A DNA stretch of 64,000 bases from Protoeuglena noctilucae (taxonomy: Eukaryota), in assembly GCA_958009085.1 (NCBI GenBank), contig OY253670.1, positions 496,001-560,000 on the forward strand, read 5' to 3'. A program made the position numbers and the translations under genes. The notes below the pieces were generated by a model. That model was not told where the DNA came from and ran no database searches. It saw nothing but the letters and a program-made list of their open reading frames with translations. Shown here in pieces: positions 12,401-24,036 of the stretch (positions within the stretch are counted from its first letter, which is position 1; each line of letters opens with the position of its first letter).

Positions 12401-13846
12401 TGGAGACGTGAAGGCACTGAAGGCCAAGGTCAAGGCACTGTACCAGGAATACGCAGAGGCGGAGGCGGAGGAACTGGAGACGGTGGTGGAGGTGAGGGGG
12501 GTGGTGGGGTGGGGTGGGGTGATGGTGGTGGGGGTGGATGGTGGTGGAGGTGGTGGTGGAGGTGAGGAGGTTACCATTGGGGTGGGGTGGGGTGGCATTA
12601 GTGGGTAGAGATGTGGTTGGTGGGTCATGATGGTGGAGGTGGGGTGGTAGGGTGGCAAGGGGGATGAGTGACCAACAAGACTTTGCCACTCATCGACTGT
12701 CACTCATCCGCTGCCATTCGCCATTTACCGCCAGCTTCTATCAACAACTTCCCACTCACCACCACCCCTTGCAGGCGGAGAGCGAGTACGGCCGCCAGCG
12801 CGACTACCTGGAGCAAACCGTGGAGTCCCTGAAGCGCAAGCTGGCCAAGGACGTGGATAAGGCGAGGGCGGATAACATGAGGATCATGGCGGAACACGTG
12901 GCGTTGGTCCAGGAGATCAACGAACTGAGGCGCGAGATGAAGGCGGTGCGAGCGGGCATGCCGGGGACCACCAACACGGGTGCCGAGGCCAGGGGCTTGG
13001 GCAAGGGCGCCGCCGGGGGGGTGCAGCGGTCCGGGAGCCTCCTGCCGCCGCTGCGGCGGGGCGCGGGGTCGGGGCCGCAGAGGGCGGGGTCGTTGCGGGG
13101 AGCGGGGTTGCGCAGTGTGGGCGGGAGCGGGCGCGCGTCCCCTGCAGTAATGGATGGGGAGATGCTGGCTCAGATGGACGCGATGAGGGTTTCGCAGGAG
13201 GGCGCTGGGGTGGATGGGAACGGGGCGTGGGTGGCGGGGGCGGGGCGGCGGTCCAGGCCGGCGTCGGGGGGTCTGCCACCGTTGGGTGGCGGTGCGGGTG
13301 AGGGTGGGGGTAGCAGTGGGGGTAGTAGTGAGGGTGACGGTGAGGGGGGCAGTGGGGGTGGTAGTGAGGGTGGCAGTCAAAGGGGCAGAGTGGAGTGATG
13401 AAGATAGGTGACAGTGAATGGTCTTACTGACATGTCGCCCATCTGTTGCGTTGCTCGCAGAAGGGATGGCATTGGCGACCGATGGGGGCATGCCCCACGC
13501 CGAGGGATCGGAGCCGTTTGCGCGGTTGGAGGGGAGTTACGAGGATGTGGGCGCAGAGGGGGCGACAGTGGATGGGGCGGGTGGGGTGGATGCGAGCATG
13601 GGCGAGGATGGGGCGGAGATGGGTGCGGAGATGGGAGATGTGGGAGATGAAATGGGAGAGGAGTTGGGGCCAGAGGAGGAATTCCTAGCTCCGGATAACG
13701 GTGTCGAGGAGGCGGATGCGGATGCGGAAGGGCCGATGGATGAGGGGGATGAGGGGGAGGGTGAGGATGAGGGGTACGGGGATGGCGATGAGGGGGCGGA
13801 GGTGGGAGAAGGCGAGGAGGTGGGGGATGACGAGGCAGGGGCGTGA
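6426..13846 (+). CDS. CFAP57: Cilia/flagella-associated protein 57 (WDR65/FAP57): WD40 repeats plus coiled coil, 16 exons
   Basis: [86 protein letters not shown]. Exons: 6426-6448, 6776-6914, 7044-7313, 7430-8255, 8439-8837, 9082-9277, 9583-9841, 10082-10273, 10508-10659, 10854-11077, 11249-11379, 11655-11819, 11973-12062, 12327-12491, 12775-13297, 13461-13846. The last exon is less certain; an alternative stop lies at 13398. Confidence 0.93.
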
Positions 13847-14238
13847 AGCGTGTTAGTGTGTAGCACATGTTAAGTGAAATTTGTGAAGTGTGTGAAATTT
13901 GGTGTGAAGTGCGAACGAACGACGGGCGCGTCGTGTGGGCTGTTCGATGCCTCGCGTGGTCTCATGGTCGTGTGCATTTTCAAAATGCGTTGATTGTCGC
14001 GCCGTGGGACTGTTGCTCGGCGATGGGTTGGGGGAAGCATGCACGCTCTTGGACGGTGCGGAGAAAGGGCGCGCAATGGCAACGGTAATGACAACAACAT
14101 TTGCGTTACTCTCAAAGGGTCACCGGCACGCAACAACGCAGCACTATTAATTTAGACGGAAACCGCGACATTGTTCTATAGAGATGAACAGAATGGCTAA
14201 ACTCTGACCCCTATACCAAGCGCGCATCGAGAAAGCAC

Positions 14239-14243
14239 TTACA
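14239..14243 (-). promoter_or_regulatory. Possible TGTAA polyadenylation signal of RP2
   Basis: TGTAA on the minus strand about 70 nt after the RP2 stop. TGTAA is the known chlorophyte poly(A) signal, but a 5-mer can occur by chance. Confidence 0.3.
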
Positions 14244-14310
14244 CCCACGACCCACCGTGGGGTGAGATAGCACACGCACCCCATGTCGCAGCCACCGCAG
14301 CCAGCCGCCG

Positions 14311-16337
14311 TCACGACCCAGCGCCCTCGATCCCCGCATGCATGAACCGCTTGCAGAAGGCGCGCCCCTCCTTGCCCCCCAGCACATGCACCGCCAGCAC
14401 CTCGCCCGTCCGCGCCTTCGCCACCTCATCCGCCACACCCTGCAACTGCTCCCCGCACTTCGGCCCAAACACCTCGACGGCCGCGACGGCGCCGCCCTTG
14501 CCGCGCAGCGCGGGCACCAGGTCCTGCCAGTCACTTTCCATACATGCGACGTGGTTGGTACGTATGACGCTCAGCCGGTCCGCCACGCACCGCCGCGCCA
14601 CCTCCATCGCCGCCTGGCTGCACGTGGGCCCGGTAAAGACAGCGACGGCTGCGTCTCCGTATGCCGCACCCAGCGGTGGGCGCTCGCCCCAGGTCCTGAT
14701 GAGGCTGTCCGGGAGGGCGGGGGACGTGACGGGCAGAGAGGCGTCCTCTGCGCAAGGCGGCAGGGGCGGAGTGGGGTCAGACCATGAGTTGACGGGTGTT
14801 GAGTTGAGTCTAGAACGTGTTCATTCACTCATTCGCTTCTCCCTGCCCCCAACACCCCTCTCTCTGCCCCTCAGCTGCTCACCCTGCCCGTCGCCCCCCT
14901 CACCCTCTCTCTCTGCCCCCCACCACCCCTCGCACCCACTCACCCCCTCACCCTGCCCCCCACACCCACCCCCCCCACCACCCCTCACCCCCCTCACCCG
15001 CCATCTCCGGCCCGTGCAGCAGCTCCTCCCCCGTCACGAATGGCGACATGAACTCCCACGAATCGGGATTCTCATCAGCGGTGAAGTCGAACACCAGCGA
15101 CCAGAAGTTACGCAATGGGTCGAGACCCGCGCTTTTCAGATGGTCGGCCATCCCTGGATATTCGGCGTCCAGGCACCCGAAACGGACGCTCGAGCAGGAT
15201 TCGATCGCGGGCTGCGTGGAGTGAGAGGGAAGGGTCTTTGTTGGGTCCCAGGTGGCGTGGGGCAGGTGGTATGGCATGGGTGGCAGGCAGGGGTACGCAG
15301 CTATGCAAGGCCGGGTGAACACCATTACATTTGCACACCCGCATCGGCCCTTATCTCCACCCACCCTCGTTACACACACGCGCGCATACACATACACATT
15401 CACCCACCCATCCCGCCCCTCGCCTTGCTCCTGCACAGTAGCATGCCATCCACATCCGTGCAGTCCCGTAGCCGGAACTGGTGGCACGCGCATACGATGG
15501 CGCATCGGTCGCAGTCCCGCACGAACACGCTGCCGGACGCGGGGCCTAAGAAGATGCGGCAGTTGCGGCAGTCGTCGATTTGGGCGCTGTCAATGCCGTC
15601 CATCACCAACACCGTGCAGTCCGTGCAGTTCTGCGAAAGACGAGTTCTTAACATGGATAATATAAACAAAGACATCTATCAAACGACATTCGATAACAGT
15701 TATCGAAAGTCGTTTCACGCAAGCCCTCACCTGCACCACGAACTGCTGCCCGGCAATCTGCCCCGCGGTCCTCAGCACCGTTTTCCCGGTGAGGCCCGAG
15801 ACGACGAAGTTGCCGACGTCCGCGGCCCGCCCCTTGCTGCGAAGGAGCGCGGCTGTGAGCTGTCGCGCTGGCTTCGATATTTGTTGCAAAGGGCCAGGCA
15901 CGTGGAGTGGCACCCACCTTGCCCTAGGGCTGCCCACGGCGCCTCCCGGAGGCGAGCCCCGACCATCCCCTGAATTTGTCTCGGCTCCTAAGTCAAGGAA
16001 TTTGCCATCCTTCACGTCGGCATCCTTCCGTCGGCCCCACAGGCCCTGCGAAGATGGACGCGACTTGAGCTCGCCGTCTCGACACCAGCAGGCATCCGCT
16101 GCCCCGCGCGAGTGATCGATTATTCTATCCTCCGACTTGCGCAACTGCTCGGAAGCGGATATGATTTCGTGTCCCCCGCGCACGCTCGTCACCTGCTCGG
16201 ATGCCTTGCCGACAACCGTTTCCCCTCTCGGCTGCCCCTGCGAGCCGGAAAAACGCTGCGATTGGACCAATATAGGTTGAAGTCTCGTATTGCCACACGT
16301 GCCTTCGCAAGCTCACCTTGCTGAGCCAGCAACCCAT
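14311..16337 (-). CDS. RP2: RP2/XRP2-like protein (TBCC domain, ARL3 GAP)
   Basis: First exon MGCWLSK (16337-16317) carries the myristoylation/palmitoylation motif. Also GQIAGQQFVVQ; IDDCRNCRIFLGPASGSVFVRDC..ACHQFRLRDC; PAIES...FWSLVFDFT. Intron 15423-15212 is GC-AG. Confidence 0.9.
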
Positions 16338-16562
16338 CGGTCCATGGGTCGCCCACGAAGCGCAAAGAACGATTGAGCAAATCGCCTCCACGCAGTTGCC
16401 AAGCAAAGTACCTCTCACATGCGGTCATTGCGCGAAACCCTGGACGCGCTCATCGCTTGTGCAAGCGCTCAACCACCCTCTGACGCACCGTTGTGGCAGT
16501 GTAACTTCAATTTGGCACCGACTCGTCACGCGGCCTTCATATTTTCTGCTCCGATCGGCAGA

Positions 16563-17519
16563 ATGTTGGTCGCCCGCGCGGCCATCGCGCGCCCCCAGCC
16601 CTCTCTGCCGCGGGCTGCGCTTGTCACGGTCCGTGCGGAGCGAGACGGGGCTTCCAGCGAGGCGAAGGACTGGCGCCGATCGCAAAAGGACAAGGATTTG
16701 GAAATGCCGGCCCTAACACGCCATTCTCTTCCCACCCAGGCCTGCCCACCGCCCCTCGCGCTGCTGTGCTTGGCGTCGTTTGCCGCAGGGAGCGTCATTG
16801 GTCCCCTCTGCGACGGCCTGCACTCCTCCAACGACGTCTTGCACTACGCGTCCCCCGTCTTCGTCCCTCTCTTGGGCAGTCGCCTGGAGACCGCCCCGTG
16901 GGTCCCACCGCTCTTCGGTCTGGCCGCCACCGTCCTCTGTGCCAGTCACGTCTTTGCTGACCGGGCCCTCGCGGGCAGGCCCGGCTGCAGCCCCCGCCTT
17001 GGCCACGCGCCCGCAGCTGCGTGGGTGGTGGTCGGCATCGCCTCCTTCGTCGCACAGTACGGCGCCAGTGGTGCCCTGGCGGCCCCATTACAGGGCGCGA
17101 ATCTCCCAGGGACGGGCCTACCAGCACTCGACGCCCTGCTCGCTGTCTGGGGTGCGTGGGCCGCATGCCTGGACCTGACCAGTGCCCTCGTTATGACACG
17201 GTCACCCATGTATCACATGCCCACCCTTTGCGCCCACGCAGCTCTGTTCCAGTGGGCGGTCTTCGACGCCACGCTTCAGGGATTCGCCTGGGCCTGCGCC
17301 ACGGCACTATTGGGCCCTATCGTGGAGATCACGCTCATCCAAGGTCTGCACGCGTATAGCTACACGCATCCCGACGTCCTCGGCGTGCCTACGTGGATCC
17401 CCTGGGTCTATTTCTGCGGGGCGCCCGCGAACGCGAACCTCGGGAGGGTCATCGCAGCGAGCCTGACGCGATTGACCCCGGGCAAAGCACGAATGATGGG
17501 GCGGCGACACGACGAGTAA
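16563..17519 (+). CDS. Multi-pass membrane protein of the plant/algal INSIG-like family, probably plastid-targeted
   Basis: Hydrophobic segments with GPLCDGLH..LHY, WVPPLFG, GPIVEITLI and Y.HPD.LGVPTWIPWVYF; Arg/Ala-rich N-terminus. Probable in-frame intron at 17152-17241. Confidence 0.7.
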   Translation: MLVARAAIARPQPSLPRAALVTVRAERDGASSEAKDWRRSQKDKDLEMPALTRHSLPTQACPPPLALLCLASFAAGSVIGPLCDGLHSSNDVLHYASPVFVPLLGSRLETAPWVPPLFGLAATVLCASHVFADRALAGRPGCSPRLGHAPAAAWVVVGIASFVAQYGASGALAAPLQGANLPGTGLPALDALLAVWGAWAACLDLTSALVMTRSPMYHMPTLCAHAALFQWAVFDATLQGFAWACATALLGPIVEITLIQGLHAYSYTHPDVLGVPTWIPWVYFCGAPANANLGRVIAASLTRLTPGKARMMGRRHDE

Positions 17520-17625
17520 TGATAACCACGATAACCCCGGCAAAGACAGTTAGATAGCAGAGAGAGATACCAGAGAGAGAGGTGGATAGATAGAGCATCA
17601 TTTGCGGTGCGTGTGAAGTCGCTCG

Positions 17626-20249
17626 CTACCCCTCTCCCAGGCCCATGCGTGACAGACCGTCCCTGGCCGCACGCACGCCCTCGGCACCGACCCGCCCCAC
17701 CCAGCTGGGCAGGTCCACGCCTGGGGGCAAACCCAGGACAGAGGCCACCACGCCCGCCGCACCTGCGTGTGCAGGGACGATATAGATGCCTTTGGGACCA
17801 GGGCACTGCCAGCCTTGGGATAACCTGTTTGCCAGGATAGCCTCAACACCTTCACACCTTCGCTCAGCTCTCGCCCCAGCACCGCACCGCACCGCACCTT
17901 CGCTCAGCTCCCGTGCGGCACGCGCCAGCTCCTCCGCCCCATCTGACCCCGCCACCACGCGCTGCACAAAGGCACGTGCCTCGGCCTCAGACTCGGCGCC
18001 CGGGAGCGGTGGGCCGGCGGAAGCTGCTGCGTCCACTGCCGCGGCGCGCTGGGCTGAGCCATAGTACCACACTGCGGGGGAGATAAAAGGGCTTTTTATG
18101 TATTTGTGCTAGTGATGTACACAGCAGCAAGAACCAGTGGCTTAGACTGACCAAGCACGAAACTGCGCACATAAGGGCATGAGGACATGGCCCACTTTGC
18201 GCCCTCTCACCGGTCATGGCGTGGCGGTGCGCGAAGCACGGCCGCACTTCGTGTGCCACCGCATCAGCGAAGAAGAGAGCGACGCGGCCCGCCTCGGGAA
18301 ACACATCCACCGCCTCGAAAGCCCCGGCCGGCGCAGGCGCGTCCCCCACTCTCGCGTCGAACACGCGCAATGCCCCGCCATGGGCGCGGTCCCATCCCGG
18401 GTTCAGATAGACCAGGGCGGTGAGCAGTCGCCCGTCTCCGGCCGTGTTGTCGACGTGCCGCTGGAACCGCGCGCCCTGGCCGGGGTAGACGGCCAGCATG
18501 CAGTCGGAGCGGCGGGTGAGCGCTCCCCGCAGGCGAGGCACGCAGTCCGAAACGTGCTGCACCAGGGCGTCCAGAGCACGTATCACGTCCCGCACCGCCG
18601 AGAAACGCGTTTGGCCGACCCGGCGGGCCGCGGCGGGGTCTGCGAGATGAGGCAGCGGGGCTTACGATCAAAGACAAGGCAGCGCTTGATTCCATCGGTA
18701 GGGCGTGACGTGCATCAACACCGCCAGGTTCCAGCGGAGTTTGAAAGCATCATGGATAACCGATTGGATGAACACAAGCGAGCGTGTGATAACACATCAC
18801 AAATCACAACACGGTTGAGCATGTCCCATGTAATGTTCTCACCGCAGGGCTCCACGGCTCCCTTGGTCTTGAGCTCCCGAGTGTCGACGACCCCCGCAGC
18901 ACGCGCGTGTCCCCCGCACATCCACAACACCTGGTCTCCCCGCACCGACGGCGCCGCCACTTGCGCGCCCACGCCGGGTGCCCTGCCCACCCAGATCTCG
19001 CTCTGCCGGTACTCACTCCCCAGCAAGGCGATCTCTGCAACCAGGCCAGGCGGGGCTGGTATGTATGCTAGCAGCGCACCTGAGCTGCAACATCCAAAGC
19101 ACAGTCGATGACACATCAGTAACGAATGCCAGGCATGCACCGCACAGCACTCACCCGACCGCACCGCCCGGATCGCGTTCATGTCGAACACGTCGTCGAT
19201 CACCGCCCACCCCCGCGCGCACAGCGACTCGGCCGCGGCCCCCGCTGCCCTCTGCACGCGTTCCCTCAGCCCTCGCTTCTTCGCCTCTTTCCCAGACACC
19301 AGCACCGCCTCGCCCACGCCCCGGCCCGGCAGGAACGCATGAGGTGCTGTCACGGTCGCGTCCGCACCCTCGTCGGTCGACGCCCCGCCACTCGCCAGGT
19401 CCACCGCATCACCTGCAAAGCGCGGTGCGTGATGCTGCGCTGCAGGCGTGTCTCCTGCCCCCGCCGCCACCCTGCCTGCCGCCCTTGCTGGCGCTCCCGT
19501 CCCGCCCGCGTCATTCTCAGCGCTCGCGATGACGTCGTCTCTCAGGAAGGTCAGCACGCGGGCCTTGACCTCCTGCCCCGCGGCGTTGGCGAAGGCGATG
19601 TTGTCGTCGAGCACGCTTTTGAATGCACGGTCCACCTGCCCCTTGCGCACGTACGCGAGGGTGAGGTCCCGCAGCACTCGAGCATCGCCTTTGGACACCG
19701 CCAGCAGCTTGCGGAGCCTGGAAAGATCGGGCAGAAGGGCGCGGGCTCAGGGGGAGCAGAGCGGGGCAGGCAGAGCAGGGCAGACGAGCACCGCACCGGG
19801 TTGACATGGCAGCAAGCAGAAACTGGGGCATTTCATGGAAACGCAGCGATTTCACTCACCTGTCTCCGGCCGCTTCCTTTGTACGCTCTGTGACGACGCG
19901 CACCGCTGCGCCGACGGCGAGGAAGTCGCGAGAAGACCCGGCGCTCTCCTCCGCGGCCGCGCGCACCGCCAGCGCCGTGCGCACGTCGTCGTCCAGCAGA
20001 TCAAAGACGCTCTCTACAGTCTCCAGTAGCTCCTCGGATGAGCCACGCTGTGAGAAAGAGGGAGGATTATTGGACACACTTCTGAAATGGCAGGGCCGTC
20101 TGCGCTCGCTGGTGTGGCCAGCCCTTCGCAGATCTCACCTGCGCGACCTGTACGAGGGTGTCTAACAGCGACGACACGCTATCAGCTGATGGAGACGGGC
20201 CATCGGCGCCATCCAGGCCCCGAATGACCAACGATTGCGGCCCCTCCAT
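17626..20249 (-). CDS. 2OG-Fe(II) oxygenase, EGLN/PHD-type prolyl-4-hydroxylase-like
   Basis: MLAVYPGQGARFQRHVDNTAGDGRLLTALVYLN..W..GGALR..HEVRP..R.A.T|VWY, giving the HxD...H iron ligands and the 2OG-binding Arg. Multi-exon, ATG at 20249. Confidence 0.85.
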
Positions 20250-20589
20250 CCTGCCGCCCGTGGCAATGCGCAGTGCGCAATAACGCCCATGCCTTTGCAT
20301 GCAGGACAGCTGGCCCGCGCGACTGAGCGCCACCGCCGAAGAAACAGCCGGAACACTGCGCTGGAGATCCTGGCACGACGTGGACTGGCAACGCACGCGC
20401 CCACCGGGGCCTTCTCCGCCACGATTTCCCTCATCACCTAAGTCGTTCGATAAAGAACTCGGCTGTAGCACTCTCCTGGGATCGCAGACGATTGGGCGGT
20501 CCCGCAGCGCCTTTCCCGCCCCTGTCGCTGCGCTCGAGGCACGGTTCGAGGCACCAGCCTGACCAGGGCGCGATGAGAGCGGGAGAAAG

Positions 20590-23500
20590 ATGGCGGCGGT
20601 CAAGCAGCTGAACCAGAACGCCGAGATCATCAACCGGGCGGGGTCGCTGTTCATGAACATCAACGCGGCCAAGGGCCTCCACGACGTGATGCGGACCAAC
20701 CTCGGTGAGTGCGCCGGAATCCCTACGTGGGGAGGGACGCTTGGCCGGCGCCCAAGCCCCAGATCTTGCGCCCCTTGCGCATGCTCCCAAATTTGGGCCG
20801 TCCTGTTCGGGCCGCTCCCGCCGCTCAGGGAGGCCCGCGCGATCGATGTCGCATTGTCTTCAATTACTTTTTAATCTAACAGTTCCTCGGCGACAGGCGG
20901 ATGGAGTATCGCGGCCTCCCGCGCGCTGCTCGGCGCACCGGCCCTGAGCAGGACGGTCCCGACCCCGCCGCGACGCCCCGAGGACTGCCATGGCCCTGCC
21001 TCGCCGCTGCTGGCCGGAGATGCTTGCGACGGATGTCCTCCTGTCGCTCCCGCGCCCGCAGGCCCCCGGGGCACGGTGAAGATGCTCGTGTCCGGCGCCG
21101 GGGACGTGAAGCTCACGAAGGTGACGCGATGGCCGGGGACGCACGCTCTGCCCTTGTCGCTGCAGTCACAGGAACGACCTAGCGACTAGTCGCTCGATCC
21201 CTGCCCCGCCCGCGCGCGCCTGACCCGCGCTGTGCTTTCAACAGCGCAAAACGCGGACCTTTGTCGCCCGCCGCAGGACGGCAACGTGCTCCTGCGGGAA
21301 ATGCAGATCCAGAACCCGACCGCGGTGATGATCGCGCGGACGGCGGTGGCCCAGGACGACGTGACGGGCGACGGCACGACGTCGACGGTGGTCTTCATCG
21401 GGGAGCTTATGAAGCAGGCGGAGCGGTGGCTGACGGAGGGCGTGCACCCACGCGTGCTGGTGAGCGACACCAAACGCATCGATTCCTTTGCCTGAACACC
21501 GGCACAGGCGCCAGGGGGGCACGCAACAGGCTGGCGCAAGGTGGGCAGCCACGCAGGCCGCGAGTCGCAAATAGTTTGACTCCTGTCGTTCTCCTTAGGT
21601 GGACGGCTTCGAGATCGCGAAGAAGGAGTCGCTGGGTTTCCTGGAGACGTTCAAGCAGGCCGCGGGCACCCGTGATCGTGACGTGCTGCACAGCGTGGCG
21701 CGCACGGCCCTCCGCACCAAGCTGGATGAGCGGCTGGCGGACCCCCTGGCCGACGCCGTCACCGACGCGGTGCTGTGCATCGCCCCGGAGGTGCGCTGCC
21801 GGACAGAGCTATTTGGAAGTCCCTCCCGCTGTCGCTGTCCTGCTCACACGGTTCCAGTCGACCCCACCTGCTCCCGCCCTCCGCACTCATCTCCCTTACT
21901 CGCTCACCCCCACCCCGCTCACCCCACCCCGCTCACCCCCACCCACTTAACCGCTCCCTTCCCCCTCCCCCAGGACCCGGACGTGAGCCCGGACCTGCAC
22001 ATGGTGGAGATCATGCACATGCGCCACAAGCTCGACTCGGACACGCGCCTGGTGCGGGGCCTGGTGATGGACCACGGCAGCCGCCACCCGGACATGCCCG
22101 CACGCGTCGACGACGCCTTCATCCTCACCTGCAACATCTCGCTCGAGTACGACAAGTCGGAAGTGAGTTACTCAATGCAACAGTTGCAGGTGCTGGGCTG
22201 CATGGGTCACCTGCAACATCTTGCTCGAGTACGAGAAGTCAGAGGGAGGCGCATATGCAAGATTTGACAATTAGTGTTAATATGCAGTGTTAGACAAGCA
22301 GGCACTGATAGTCACCTCCACGACGGCCATGCAAGGGGCGTTTGTAGACTGGACGCCCCCTCTCCCATCGCCACTCCCCCATTATCCCGTCGACCCCCTC
22401 ACCCCTCTACTATCTCCTCCCCAGGTCAACTCTGGCTTCTTCTACTCCTCCGCCGACCAGCGCGAGAAGCTGGCGGCCGCGGAGCGCAAGCTGGTCGACG
22501 ACAAGGTGGCCGCGATCGTGGCCCTCAAGCGGCAGGTGTGCACGGCAGGGCAGGGGTTCGTCCTCGTAAACCAGAAGGGCATCGATCCCGGGTCGCTCGA
22601 CGCCCTGGCCAAGGAGGGCATCCTGGCGCTGCGTCGCGCCAAGAAGCGGAACATGGAGAGGCTCACGCTCGCATGCGGGGGGTTCGAGGTGTCTGCGATT
22701 GAGGAGCTCAGCCCGGAGTGCCTGGGGTACGCGGGGGAGGTGTATGAGGTGAGGGGGGGTATGGGAGAGGGGTGTATGCGGGATGGGTGTGCGAGGGCCG
22801 GCGTGTGTGGGTCGAGGACAGTGTGGAGGTGTTTTCAGTCATGCATGTGTTTGGGTGGCAATCAAGTCAATGCCTGGGAGCAGTGGGCATGAGAGGACTT
22901 ACGACGCGGGGTAGGAGGTGGGCGGAGGGGTGTCACGATCGCCATGACACGTGCTTTGCCCGTTCCGCCCCGCAGCACGTCCTCGGGGAAGAGAAGTACA
23001 CGTTTGTGGAGAAGGTGCGCCACCCCCGGTCGTGCACGCTGCTCATCAAGGGCGCGAGCGACTACGTGATCGCCCAGATCAAGGACGCGGTGCGGGACGG
23101 CCTTCGTGCTGTGAAGAACGTGATGGACGACCGTGCTGTGGTCAAGGGGGCGGGGGCATTCGAGGTCGCATGCGCAGAGCACCTCCTCGTCAAGGCAAGT
23201 CGCAATTAAGATGCGGGAATGGTTTCTGGGGCAGCATGACTCCCAGAGTTGTCGGTTGCGCATGCATGCATGCGCTTGCGAGGCTCGAGCCAGCCATGGC
23301 GTGTGTCTGAATGCGCTCGTTTTGTCGCGGAGATCGCTGCGTCTCGTTCTTTTGCTCTGCGATCGTTCAGGTCTCTCATTCACTGCAATGCCCATTCCCT
23401 CGCTCGCAGGCCCGCGGGGTGGAGGGCAAGGCGCGGATCGGCGTGGAGGCGTTTGCAGCCGCGCTGCTGGGGATGACCGGGGTTTTGGCCCAGAACGCCG

Positions 23501-23730
23501 GGTTCGACGCGCAGGAGTGCGTTCTGCGGGTGCGCAAGGCCCACGCGGACGGCGTCGCGGCGGGGCTCGACCTGGCGACGGGGGAGTTGCTTGATTGCGA
23601 CCTGGCCGGGGTGTACGACAACCACGCCGTCAAGCGCCAGATCCTCAACTCCGCGCCCGTCATGGCGTCGCAGCTCCTGCTGGTCGACGAGGTCATCCGC
23701 GCAGGCATCAACATGCGCCGCCGCGGCTGA
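20590..23730 (+). CDS. CCT6: Chaperonin CCT/TRiC subunit zeta (8 exons)
   Basis: [89 protein letters not shown]. The last intron, 23195-23409, is GC-AG. Confidence 0.97.
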
Positions 23731-24036
23731 GCTGTGGGCTCTGGCGCCGCCCGCGTTGTTCTGACGTCTCGCCAGTCTCGCTTGAAGAGAGCAGTCGAGG
23801 AAGGGACCGGATGAAGTGCTGGCTCAAATCGCTCTCTAAGCCTCTGCGTGTGCGGACCTGTGTGGCCGCGCGGGATTGAGTAGTTGGTCAGAGGGGTGCA
23901 CTGTGCATCGTGCACCCACTGGGCACGGCGCTCAGAGGGGGCCTGGGTCCCGCGACGACCGCGAAAGTGGTTTGTTGCACTGCATACTTTACACTCGGGA
24001 GGCCCTCGTGCGTTGCTCTGCTTCGAGGTAGCCGTG

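Noticed and set aside
14342..15973. 543-aa plus-strand ORF and similar long ORFs (51738-53036, 56358-57428, 33235-34191)
   Set aside because: They are antisense or off-frame shadows of real genes in GC-rich DNA, with no domain signal.
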